Origin: Myxococcales bacterium
GTDB taxonomy: Bacteria > Myxococcota_A > Polyangia > Polyangiales > DASUME01
Direction of reading: 5' to 3'
Length of the DNA stretch: 64,000 nt
NCBI GenBank assembly: GCA_047601445.1
Contig: JASGJH010000001.1
Location: 3,328,001 to 3,392,000, forward strand
The translations under genes were made by a program, and so were the position numbers. The notes beneath the pieces were generated by a model. The model was not told the origin of the DNA, did no database searches, and saw only the letters and a program-made list of their open reading frames with translations. Below, one piece after another: positions 20,067 through 29,314 of the stretch. Numbering within the stretch: position 1 is the stretch's first letter; each line of letters opens with the position of its first letter.

Positions 20067-21482
20067 ATGCGAATGCGAAACGATTTGCTCGCGGGCGGCC
20101 TGGCCCGCTTCGACCGCCTGCTCGGCCGACTGCTCCTGCTGGCCTGTGCCTGGCTACCTCGGCCGGTCGAGGCGCAAAGTTTGATCAAGGGAGTCGACGA
20201 GTGGGCCGAAGCCACCACCAAGAGCGCCGCCCCCAAGTGGGCGGGGCCGCGCGTCGTGTTTCCCACCCCCCAGCCCAGGCCTGCCTCCATCGGAAGGCTC
20301 ACCTCGCTCCTGTGGCCGCTCGACGTGCACCTCGCCGCGGGGGTCCCGCTGGCGCGCGGTCAGGCGGTCCTGGAGGCCGGTGAAGAGGCCCTGGCGATCC
20401 TCGCGACCACCGGCTGGCTGGGGAACTTCGGTGACGGCGGCATGGGTGGTACGGGAGGCTACGACCTCTACGTCACGCCCCAGGCCAGTCACGGCGCCGA
20501 CGCCTTCCTCGACGCCACCGAGCCCATGTGGGGCCTCGACGGCGCGCGCGCCTTCGGCGTGGTGGACGCCCGCGTGCCGAGCGACCGCATCGCAGCTTGC
20601 ACCACCCAAACCCTGGCCGAGACCCTCCTCTACCAGCTCGACCCCGCCGAGTCGGCGAGCGCGCGCCAGAGCACCGGCGCGTACCTGAGCTGGCTGGTCA
20701 CGGGCGACCTCGGCTGCGACGACGAGGAGAACGGGCGGCGGGCCGACCCTCGACTCGCGGCGCTCGGCCCGGACGCCGGGGGCCGTGGCGCCGAATGGTT
20801 GGTGCAGCTCGGTCATCGTCAGGATCAGAACCGCGGCCACTTCATGCGAGACATGTGGCAGTTCGCGCGGCAGCGCACCTGGGAGGGCACCGGCCTGCGC
20901 GCGAGCCCCGACTTGTTCGAGGTGATCGCCGCGGCGCTGGGTAACGAGGACGAGCAACTCGAGAACGTGGCGAGCGAGTTGGCCGATCAGCAAGCGCTGA
21001 CGTGGCTGGACGATCCTCCACCGCAGCCCGCACTCAACAAAAAGGGCATTCGCAAGGTCGCTCCCCCACCATGGACGGCACTCAAATGGAGCACGCTGCC
21101 AGCCCGCCTGCCCTGGGTAGATGGAGTGCAACCGCTGGGTGGCCAGTACGCGTTGATCGACATCGACCAGCCGCTGGCCGGCGGGGAACGCCTACGCGTA
21201 TGGTCCCACGGTGAGTTCGGGACACGCTGGGCGCTCTCGCTATTGGCCCTCGATGGCGAGCGCCAGGTGATTGGCCGCATCACCGCCCCGCCGCGCAAGA
21301 ACCCGAACAGCTTCGCCACGCTCGAGCTGATGCCCAACACCCGCCAGGTCCTGATCGCCGTGACCAATGTGGCCGACGGCATCCCCGATGCCGACGACGG
21401 CGCTCCGTTCGAGCAGTTCGGTGTGGCCCTGACCATCGACCGCGGTGGCGACGGTGCGATGTCCGACGCGCTGCTGCCCTAG
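20067..21482 (+). CDS. Exported hypothetical protein, weakly like the MXAN_6640-type metalloprotease family but without HExxH
   Basis: Signal peptide (VEA-Q); DGGMGGTGGYDLYV segment. Confidence 0.45.
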   Translation: MRMRNDLLAGGLARFDRLLGRLLLLACAWLPRPVEAQSLIKGVDEWAEATTKSAAPKWAGPRVVFPTPQPRPASIGRLTSLLWPLDVHLAAGVPLARGQAVLEAGEEALAILATTGWLGNFGDGGMGGTGGYDLYVTPQASHGADAFLDATEPMWGLDGARAFGVVDARVPSDRIAACTTQTLAETLLYQLDPAESASARQSTGAYLSWLVTGDLGCDDEENGRRADPRLAALGPDAGGRGAEWLVQLGHRQDQNRGHFMRDMWQFARQRTWEGTGLRASPDLFEVIAAALGNEDEQLENVASELADQQALTWLDDPPPQPALNKKGIRKVAPPPWTALKWSTLPARLPWVDGVQPLGGQYALIDIDQPLAGGERLRVWSHGEFGTRWALSLLALDGERQVIGRITAPPRKNPNSFATLELMPNTRQVLIAVTNVADGIPDADDGAPFEQFGVALTIDRGGDGAMSDALLP

Positions 21483-21559
21483 CGGAGCAAGCGACGAGTC
21501 CGCCGCACTGGCGAGCGCGCTCCCTCTTCTCCGCTCGCGCCAAAGGGCGCGCCTCGACT

Positions 21560-22189
21560 CTAACGACCTGCTGCAGGCCAGCTGCGTCGATCGCCGATCA
21601 CCCGCGCCGGCACGCCACCGACCACGGCCCAGTCGGGCACATCCCGTGTCACCACGGCACCTGCACCCACCACGGCGTGATCTCCGATGCGCACCCCATC
21701 GGTCACCGTGGCCTGCGTGCCGATCCAGACGTCTGCGCCCACCACGATGCCCTTGGAGCTCACGGGCTGCTCTCGGATCGCGCGCGCTGCGTCGAGACCG
21801 TGGTCGAAGGCAAACAGGGAGGCGCGTGCCGCGATGCGCGTGCCATCACCGATCTCGATCCCGCGCCGACCGCCATCCAGGGTGGCGTAGGGATTCACGC
21901 TAACATGGGCGCCGAGCTTGACCGGGCCGTGCACGAAGGCATGGGCAGCCACGCTCGCGGAGGCGCCGACCACCACGGCCCGCCGCGGTTCGGCGAACAG
22001 CGCAGCCTCCTCCGCGACGAAGCAGGTGGGGTGAAGCTCGAGCGCCTCGAGTGTGAGCAGGTTCGCATGGACCTCACGCTGCCAGGCTTCGGCCCACGCG
22101 CGCACCTCGGCCGAGGCTTCGAAGTAGAGCCACGGCATGAAGGCCATGCGGCGCTTTTGCTGGGCGCGTAGCTGGGCTTGACGGTCCAT
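21560..22189 (-). CDS. Left-handed beta-helix (hexapeptide) acyltransferase
   Basis: [47 protein letters not shown]. Confidence 0.9.
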   Translation of the reverse strand: MDRQAQLRAQQKRRMAFMPWLYFEASAEVRAWAEAWQREVHANLLTLEALELHPTCFVAEEAALFAEPRRAVVVGASASVAAHAFVHGPVKLGAHVSVNPYATLDGGRRGIEIGDGTRIAARASLFAFDHGLDAARAIREQPVSSKGIVVGADVWIGTQATVTDGVRIGDHAVVGAGAVVTRDVPDWAVVGGVPARVIGDRRSWPAAGR

Positions 22190-22293
22190 CCCGGGGGCGT
22201 AGCACCCACCCCGCCTTTTGCCCTCACATCACCGGGGACGTGTCTCTTGGCCAGGGTGACCGCTTGACCACGGTCCAAGCAAAAGGAGCGTCG

Positions 22294-23193
22294 ATGTCTG
22301 GAGGACGAGCGGCCGCAATCGTATACCTTTCGATTCTCATGCTGTTTGCGTGCAGCACTCCTGCCAGGCCCATCTACCCTGAACGACGAGCTGGCCGTGG
22401 CGACAGCTGCCTGACGTTGAACGAGTGCCAGGAGCCCCTGCTCTGCATCGCGGGTCGCTGCCTCGACGTGGATCTCGAGCTCGAAACGACGGGCAGGCAA
22501 TGTGCGGCAGTGGAGTGCCTCGAGACGCGCGACTGCTGCCCGCCTCCGCCGCTACCCACGATGCAACACTGCGAGGCCCAGGCGGCCCTGTGTACCGACG
22601 GAAACCCGCTCTGCCTGCAGGCCGCCCGCCAACCCTGCGAGTGCTCACGCGAATGCCAGGACTACTGGTGCGCCGACACCGAGCCTCCGTTCGGCGTGGT
22701 GCAATGCACGGAGGATTGGCAGTGCGGTGGCGCGGTCACCTGTGTGAACGGAGTCTGCACCGAATGCTCTGCCGACCCGGACTGTGGCCCCGGCTACACG
22801 TGCACGCGCAACCGCTGCGTTTCCGGATGCACACGGGACGAAGAGTGCGGCGCGCTGGCTCGCTGTGACTCGGCGCGCTGTGTGTACCGGCCCTGTGTCA
22901 GCAACCTCGAATGCGTCAACGTGTTGGGGGTGCGCGACGCCGAGTGCCGCGAGGGCACGTGCGGAGTTCCGTGCGAAGACGACGGTGCGTGCGTTGCGTT
23001 GGGCCCAGCGAGTCAGTGCGTCGCCAGACTGTGTCAGTCCACGGGCTGCCAGCAGAACGCGGATTGCGCAGGCCGCCCACCCGCGGGCGTTGGGTTATTG
23101 TCGGTGTGCCTCGACACCGCCGAAGCCTTGCGCGCGATGGAACACTACGCACCCGGCGGATCGAACGGGTGGACGCAGGGAGCCGTGCCGTGA
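22294..23193 (+). CDS. Cys-rich lipoprotein with Dickkopf-like CxxDxDC repeats
   Basis: AAGGAG SD, lipobox LFAC, repeated CxxxxxC..CxxGxC units. Confidence 0.8.
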   Translation: MSGGRAAAIVYLSILMLFACSTPARPIYPERRAGRGDSCLTLNECQEPLLCIAGRCLDVDLELETTGRQCAAVECLETRDCCPPPPLPTMQHCEAQAALCTDGNPLCLQAARQPCECSRECQDYWCADTEPPFGVVQCTEDWQCGGAVTCVNGVCTECSADPDCGPGYTCTRNRCVSGCTRDEECGALARCDSARCVYRPCVSNLECVNVLGVRDAECREGTCGVPCEDDGACVALGPASQCVARLCQSTGCQQNADCAGRPPAGVGLLSVCLDTAEALRAMEHYAPGGSNGWTQGAVP

Positions 23194-24263
23194 AGTTCTG
23201 CCTTTTCTCGCTCCAGAAGACACGCTTCGACTCGAAGGCGAGCGTCGCCATCGGCTTGTTCTTGGCGGCGACGTACACCGCACGGGTCGAAGCCCAGTCG
23301 CATGAATCGCACAATTCCGAGGCGATTCCAGGCTTGCCCGCGGCTGCCTCCTTGTCCGAACCTGCACGCCCGCCCCCATCCCCCTCCGCTGACTACGAAG
23401 CCGCCCTCTCCGAAGCGTTGGAAGCGCACGCGCGCGGTGACTACGGCCAGGCCCGTATTTTCATGGAGCGGGCGCACGATCTCGAGCCGAGCGCCCGCAC
23501 GCTGCGCGGCCTCGGCATCGTGGCGTTTGCCCAGGGGCGACACCTGGACGCCATTCGGTACCTGGAGGCCGCACTCGCCTCACCCGACAAACCGCTCACT
23601 GCGGAACTGCGAATCAGCGTCGAGGAGTTGCTCGCCCACGCCTGGGGCCAGGTCGGGCGCCTGGAGATTCTGGTGGAACCCGAAGGCCGATTCCTCGTGG
23701 ACGGTCTGGCTCCGGATTTTTATGGACCCAACACCGTCGTGCTCCCCCCAAGCACGCACCTCATCACCGCCCAGGCCCACAAGCGCGCCGATTTCGTGCT
23801 CCCTCTCGAGATCAAAGCAGGAGAGCGGCGAACCATTCAGATCGTGCTCGCGCGTCCCACTCCACCCGTGGTGATCGAACGAGTGACCGACGCCCCTCGT
23901 CCATCCGGGCGCGAGTTCTGGACCAAGCGCAAGCGACGTGTCGCGTGGCTCTCGGGGGCCGCGTTCGTCGGTGCCGGCGCGGCAGTCTATGGGGCGGCCT
24001 ACGCCCGGCTCAACCATGTGGTCCAGCGCTGCGAAGACATGGCGGACGGTGAGTGCACGTCGAAGCGCGCGCGTCAGCTCTATGATTCGGAGCACATCGC
24101 GCAGCTGGGCATCACTGCGGCAATGCTCGGCGGCGTAGGCCTACTTACCTGGCTGTCGGCCGCGGCACTGGAAATTTGGGGCGGAGCCAAGTCCGATGCC
24201 ACACCGCCGCGCGCCAAGCTGATGGTGGGACCGAGCTCGGTGTCCCTACGCAGCAGCTTTTGA
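23190..24263 (+). CDS. TPR + PEGA-like exported protein
   Basis: GTG start overlaps upstream TGA; TPR helices (RGDYGQARIFMERAHDLEP), PEGA-like VGRLEILVEP..VDG, C-terminal beta strand ending in F. Confidence 0.75.
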   Translation: MKFCLFSLQKTRFDSKASVAIGLFLAATYTARVEAQSHESHNSEAIPGLPAAASLSEPARPPPSPSADYEAALSEALEAHARGDYGQARIFMERAHDLEPSARTLRGLGIVAFAQGRHLDAIRYLEAALASPDKPLTAELRISVEELLAHAWGQVGRLEILVEPEGRFLVDGLAPDFYGPNTVVLPPSTHLITAQAHKRADFVLPLEIKAGERRTIQIVLARPTPPVVIERVTDAPRPSGREFWTKRKRRVAWLSGAAFVGAGAAVYGAAYARLNHVVQRCEDMADGECTSKRARQLYDSEHIAQLGITAAMLGGVGLLTWLSAAALEIWGGAKSDATPPRAKLMVGPSSVSLRSSF

Positions 24264-24285
24264 TGCCGCCCTCGGCGCCGCCTCC

Positions 24286-24903
24286 TTAGGTGTCGCTGTC
24301 GGTTAGGCCCGCCTCGCGCACCCACTGAGTCAGCCGCTCCTTGAGCACCTGAAAGCGCTTGCGATACCGAGCGGCGGCCTTCTTGGGCTCGTCTGTGTCC
24401 CCGAAGACCTCGGCGATTTCCAGCCACTCGAGTCCCCTGTCGACGCGCAGCGTGAGCAAAGCTTGTTCGTCCGGATCCAGGCGGTCGCGCAACTCGGCGA
24501 GCTTTTGCTTGCTGTCGGTCGCCAGGTAGGTGGCGGTTTTGCTGCGCACCTCGGCGACCAAATTCGTCATCAGCTCTGCGTCCGAGATTGGCACCCCTGC
24601 GCGCTGCTTTTTCAGGTCCCGTGCCAAGAAGCGGTGCTTGGCGTTTCGAGCCAGCGCATACGCATAGGCCCGCATCGAGGAGCGCAGGCTCAGGTCCGCC
24701 GACACCGCTCGCCACAAGTCCTCGGCGAACATGGAGAAGACCTCCTCGGCGTGCTGGTCGCTGCGCAGCTGGGCGATCAGAAAGCCCAGGATTTCCGGGC
24801 CGTAACTGCGAAGGGTGAGGACGGCGGCCTGCCGGGCATCCTGCGCTGCCAGGGCGGCGGCGATGCCGCGTTCGACCTGTGATAATTCTTCGCTCAAAGG
24901 CAT
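24286..24903 (-). CDS. ECF sigma-70 factor
   Basis: Sigma2 YGPEILGFL..AEEVFS..RSSMRAYAYALARN; sigma4 LDPDEQALLTLRVDRGLEWLEIAEV; GGAGAG SD before ATG 24903. Confidence 0.88.
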   Translation of the reverse strand: MPLSEELSQVERGIAAALAAQDARQAAVLTLRSYGPEILGFLIAQLRSDQHAEEVFSMFAEDLWRAVSADLSLRSSMRAYAYALARNAKHRFLARDLKKQRAGVPISDAELMTNLVAEVRSKTATYLATDSKQKLAELRDRLDPDEQALLTLRVDRGLEWLEIAEVFGDTDEPKKAAARYRKRFQVLKERLTQWVREAGLTDSDT

Positions 24904-24952
24904 ACTCTCCGCATCAGGGTCCTGGAGTCTAACAAGAGCATTCCCTTGCGGG

Positions 24953-26566
24953 ATGCCCAGGACACGGCAAGAAGAGTTGCTGCGACGTATGCGCGACCAG
25001 GATTCCGAGAGCCCCCCGCTCGATTCTGCCGACGAACACACGCCGGAGTTGGACGGCGTGCTTCAGGCGCTGGCCGCCGCACCCCGACCGCGCGTGAGCC
25101 AGCACGCCCTCGTGCAGCTCCCGCCCGAGCTTGCCGACACCTTCCACCACGACGCGGATCACGAACCAGCTCGCCCCCCGCGGGTCGGCGAGCTGGTCGA
25201 GGGGCGCTATCGCATCGACGGGGTGCTGGGCTCGGGTGGCATGGGCGTGGTGTTCTCGGCCTCCCATTTGGCCACGGGGCGCCGCGTGGCGCTCAAGTGG
25301 CTTCAGCTGGGTCAACGCTATCGCACGCAAGGCGAACACGAAGCCGCCCTGCAGCGCTTCGTGCGAGAAGCGCGCGCGGCCGGGAGAATCCAACACCCGA
25401 ATGTCGTCGATGTGCACGACGCAGGCACCTCACCCGAGGCTCCGTTCCTGGTGATGGAGCTGCTGGAAGGCGAGACCTTGCGTGCGTGCATCGCGCGCGG
25501 TCCGCTTTCGTGGAGCGACGCGCTGGCGCTGCTGCTGCCCGCGATGGAAGGCGTGAGCGAGGCCCATCGACGCGGCGTGGTGCACCGTGACCTCAAGCCC
25601 GACAACGTGTTCCTCGCCAAGCAGGCAGATGGAGCGCTCTGTCCCAAGGTGCTCGACTTTGGCATCTCGCGCTTGCACGGGGTGGACGCCAGCGAGCAAG
25701 CCCCTTCCCTGACACGCACCGGCGCCGTGGTCGGAACCCCCGCATACATGCCGCTGGAACAGCTGCGAGCCGAAGGCGAGATCGACGCGCGCACGGACGT
25801 GTACGCCCTGGGTGTCGTGCTCTACGAGATGTTGAGCCAGAAGCGCCCCTTCGTGGCGCGCAATGCCGCCGACTATGCGGCGATGATGGCGAGCAAGGGC
25901 CCGACTCCATTGAGTCGCCACCGCCCCGATCTACGCGGAGCGAGCGAGCGCGTCGTGATGAAAGCCCTCGAGCGAAATCCAGGCGATCGTCATGAGTCCG
26001 TGGCGGCTTTCGCGCTGGCCCTGCGCGAGGCCGGCAAGCGCGGTGTCGGTCGGCGCGCGCTGTACCTCGTGCTCGCTGCGGCCGTGTTGACGGGCTCGCT
26101 CTGGGCGCTGCGCTCGCCCGCGCCGACACACCCAGGTGCAACCTCGCTCACGCAGACAGCACGGCCCGTACCGCCTGCAGTGCGTGCGCCGACCGCATTC
26201 TTCGCATCTCCCGCGGCGAGCCATGAGACGTCTTCCGTTGTGGTAGCCGCCGCACCTGCGATGGATGCCTCGCCGCCCCCATTGGCTTCTACGCGCCAAG
26301 GCCCCTCACTGAACGACCCGGCGAGGCGGCCCAAGTCCGCCCCTGTGAACTCGCTCGCCCCGATCCCTCAGGCCGCGAGCACCACGAGTGCGCCCCAGCC
26401 GCAAGGCCGCCCCAGCGCGCGCGCCTTGGCCGCGCCGAACACGTCACCCCCTGCCCGCCTCGAACTCACCGACTTCACTTCAGGTTCCCCCTCTGCAAGC
26501 AGCATCCGCGCGCCCGCCGCGCCGCGCCCCCAGCCGACACTCGATCTCGGGCGCGACCAGTTCTGA
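24953..26566 (+). CDS. Hanks-type Ser/Thr kinase with TM and Pro-rich periplasmic tail
   Basis: LGSGGMGVV, VALK, HRDLKPDN, DFG, GTPAYMPLEQ, DVYALG. Confidence 0.93.
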   Translation: MPRTRQEELLRRMRDQDSESPPLDSADEHTPELDGVLQALAAAPRPRVSQHALVQLPPELADTFHHDADHEPARPPRVGELVEGRYRIDGVLGSGGMGVVFSASHLATGRRVALKWLQLGQRYRTQGEHEAALQRFVREARAAGRIQHPNVVDVHDAGTSPEAPFLVMELLEGETLRACIARGPLSWSDALALLLPAMEGVSEAHRRGVVHRDLKPDNVFLAKQADGALCPKVLDFGISRLHGVDASEQAPSLTRTGAVVGTPAYMPLEQLRAEGEIDARTDVYALGVVLYEMLSQKRPFVARNAADYAAMMASKGPTPLSRHRPDLRGASERVVMKALERNPGDRHESVAAFALALREAGKRGVGRRALYLVLAAAVLTGSLWALRSPAPTHPGATSLTQTARPVPPAVRAPTAFFASPAASHETSSVVVAAAPAMDASPPPLASTRQGPSLNDPARRPKSAPVNSLAPIPQAASTTSAPQPQGRPSARALAAPNTSPPARLELTDFTSGSPSASSIRAPAAPRPQPTLDLGRDQF

Positions 26567-26600
26567 CCTCACACGCCTGGCCTCCCGTCTCCTCAGAGTC

Positions 26601-27917
26601 ATGCAGATCCATCCATTCCTATTGAGCCTGTTTGTCGCCGCGAGTTCGGGGTGTCTATCCGTCAGCGTGGTGCCTCAGGGCGACCACGACGAGCACAGCT
26701 GGCCCAGTGGTGATGGTGATGGTGATGGCGATGGGAGCGCGCCCTGGTCGCCCGTCCACGATGCCGGTCCCGATGGCAGTAGCCCCCCCGCGCCGAACTG
26801 CGACGGCGGCTGTGTGACCCCGCCCCCCTGCGACTGCGATGCTGGATGCGCCGAAGAGAGCTGCACACCGCCTCCCCCTCCTCCGCCGCCGTCATGCGAT
26901 GGGTCATGCACGGGCGAATGCGCCACTCAACCGTCCTGCCAAAAAGCGCCGGCCTGCGTTGAAGGCCACTTGGACTCGATGTGCAGCTTCGAGCCGAGCG
27001 GAACCAAGGGACCCATCATGGCGTACACCTGGCACGGGGACTACCTGTACTGGCTGGAGCAAGGCACCACGGACGCCTCCAACAATCACAACAACGATGG
27101 CGTGCTCGCGCGCACGAAGCTCGGAACCTGGCAGCGCGAGATCATCCTGGAGGGGCTCAACTTGTTCGATGCGCGAACGTTCCGCTATCAGTGGTCTCTC
27201 GACGTAGTCGGCGAAACGATCGTTTGGAACGATGGCAGTTGGTCGTTCTGCAGCGCGAACTACTACTTGGTGTACTCGCGGTATCAGTATCTTACCGGTT
27301 TCGAGAAAAGCGCGTCGATCCGAGGCAACTTTCCCGCTAGTGGTCGGTGTTTCGGGCCAGACGCGGCCTACCGCAGCGAGGTGGACGGATTGTATGCCCT
27401 GAGCTTCGATGGTGTGAGCGAGCCCAAGCTCGTCATCTCGTGGTCGGCCGATAGTCCACCCAGTTGTCAGGTCGTTGGTGATCACCTCTACATCTACAGC
27501 CATGACTACAGCTCGAAGGTTCAGGGCCGTGCTTCGCTCGCATCCCTCACGGGGGATCAACCTGTTTCCCTCGAGCCCGCGACAAGCATCGACGGCGCCA
27601 CGCTGTGGACGAATGGGAACGGCCTGTTGTTGACGTTCATGTCGAATCATGGCGTCGGGGTGACCGCGGACGGGCCTGACTTCGATGCACTCAGCTGGAA
27701 AGCCGTCACGAGACCTGCGGATTCCATCCAAGGGGCAGACAGCAAGTACGTGTACTGGGCAGCCGGTGGCACCGCCTACCGCTCCCCGTTGACCGGCGGC
27801 GCCGAGCAGCCAACGACGTCCTTTGGCTCGGACACGTTGGTGGACTCGAAAGCCGCGGGCAGCGTGATCTACCGCTCGCGAGGCTTTTTCGAGTTCGTGC
27901 CCATGCCCGCGGAATGA
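26601..27917 (+). CDS. Lipoprotein with GDGDG tract, Cys-rich N-domain and beta-propeller-like C-domain
   Basis: Lipobox SSGC; YLYW and YVYW blade motifs. Confidence 0.7.
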   Translation: MQIHPFLLSLFVAASSGCLSVSVVPQGDHDEHSWPSGDGDGDGDGSAPWSPVHDAGPDGSSPPAPNCDGGCVTPPPCDCDAGCAEESCTPPPPPPPPSCDGSCTGECATQPSCQKAPACVEGHLDSMCSFEPSGTKGPIMAYTWHGDYLYWLEQGTTDASNNHNNDGVLARTKLGTWQREIILEGLNLFDARTFRYQWSLDVVGETIVWNDGSWSFCSANYYLVYSRYQYLTGFEKSASIRGNFPASGRCFGPDAAYRSEVDGLYALSFDGVSEPKLVISWSADSPPSCQVVGDHLYIYSHDYSSKVQGRASLASLTGDQPVSLEPATSIDGATLWTNGNGLLLTFMSNHGVGVTADGPDFDALSWKAVTRPADSIQGADSKYVYWAAGGTAYRSPLTGGAEQPTTSFGSDTLVDSKAAGSVIYRSRGFFEFVPMPAE

Positions 27918-27996
27918 GAGCGGGATAAGCATCCGAACAGTGATTCGCTATTTTGGAGCTCACATCGCTTGGCACCAGTCTCTTCGCCCCTAGAGA

Positions 27997-29295
27997 ATGC
28001 CCATGCCCCCACACTCACCCATGCTGCCCGCCCACCCCCTTGCCCGGCGCGTCGCTCGCCGACCCGGGCTCGTGCCCGCGGTTGCACTCGGCATCGCCCT
28101 CTCGAGCGGCTGCCTGTCCATCGACACGGTGCCCAGAAAGCATCCCGTGGCGGACGCCGGCGCCGATACCAGCACCGGCCCCATCCCTTGCATCGACCGC
28201 GGAACCTACACCGCGGATGGTGCGACCTATCGCGGCCTCGGCCAGACCTGCGATGGAGAACTCACGTGCATCGACGGCGTGTGCCTGCCTTTGCCTGCCT
28301 GCGAGGCCGGCAGCTTGCGGGAGTGTTCGTTCACGCCCGCGGGTCTGCGGGGCGAGCTACAGGGATTCACGCTGTACGAAGGCTACATCTACTGGATGGA
28401 GAGCGGCACCACGGACGAGCGCCACAACCCGCTCGGTGACGGGGCACTCGTGCGTGCGAAGCTGGGCTCGTGGCAGCGCGAGGAGCTCGTCTCGCAGCTC
28501 AATTTCTACGTGGAGGATCAGCGTCAGCTCGTGTTCGCAGATCTGGTCACGACAGACGACACCGCGCTCTGGTCGCTGGTCCAGGGCAGCGAGCGCTACC
28601 CCGGCGGCTATCTCAAGGGGTTGAGCAGTGACAATCGAGTTAGCTCCAAGCTCGCCAACGCGAACTGGTGCGCTGGCCACGACTCTGCCTACCGCGCCTA
28701 TGATGGTCTCTGGATCGCCCCGCTGGATGGCACCGACACGCAAGTGCAGCTCCTGCAAGGCGGCTTCGGCTACTTTCGCTGCTTGGTCGCTGGTGGGCGC
28801 TGGCTGCACGTGCAGGATGATCGTGGCCAAGACATACGCATGCGTATCGACGGGCCCGGGGGCCAGCCTCTGCAACCGGAGTCGTCGACCGTCGTGACCT
28901 TGCTCTCGACGGCCAACGATACCCACTACTTCACCCGCCTGGTCGACGGCTGGATTGGACGCGCCGAGATCAGCGACGACCCGCAGCCAGCGTGGGTTGG
29001 CGTGGCGGGTCCCGGCACGGTCATCAGCGCTGACTCTCGTTTCGTGTACTGGCTGCGCCCGAGTCCCTACGTCGATCCGACCTCGGACTGGTCCCACCCC
29101 GCTCGCACCGACCGCGTGGTGTTCCGCACCGCAGTCGATGGTACCGGCGTGCAGGAAACCATCGCGGAGGTGCTGGAATCCGTCTCCTGGCCGAGCGCCC
29201 TCGGAGACACGGGTGGCGTGCAGGCCGATGCCTCCGGCGTGCTTTGGCGCCGCTCTGGCACCGAGCTGCACTTCATGCCTGGCCCGGCGAACTGA
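27997..29295 (+). CDS. Lipoprotein, paralogue of 26601-27917
   Basis: Lipobox SSGC; shared YxYW.E.GTTD...N..DG.L.R.KLG.WQRE and ADS..VYW motifs. Start may be 28021. Confidence 0.7.
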   Translation: MPMPPHSPMLPAHPLARRVARRPGLVPAVALGIALSSGCLSIDTVPRKHPVADAGADTSTGPIPCIDRGTYTADGATYRGLGQTCDGELTCIDGVCLPLPACEAGSLRECSFTPAGLRGELQGFTLYEGYIYWMESGTTDERHNPLGDGALVRAKLGSWQREELVSQLNFYVEDQRQLVFADLVTTDDTALWSLVQGSERYPGGYLKGLSSDNRVSSKLANANWCAGHDSAYRAYDGLWIAPLDGTDTQVQLLQGGFGYFRCLVAGGRWLHVQDDRGQDIRMRIDGPGGQPLQPESSTVVTLLSTANDTHYFTRLVDGWIGRAEISDDPQPAWVGVAGPGTVISADSRFVYWLRPSPYVDPTSDWSHPARTDRVVFRTAVDGTGVQETIAEVLESVSWPSALGDTGGVQADASGVLWRRSGTELHFMPGPAN

Positions 29296-29314
29296 TCCGC
29301 GCGGGGACGCGCGC

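Noticed and set aside
22294..23193. Cys-rich proteins as multiheme cytochromes or RiPP precursors
   Set aside because: No CxxCH motifs; they have lipoboxes and disulfide-type spacing with no adjacent maturases.
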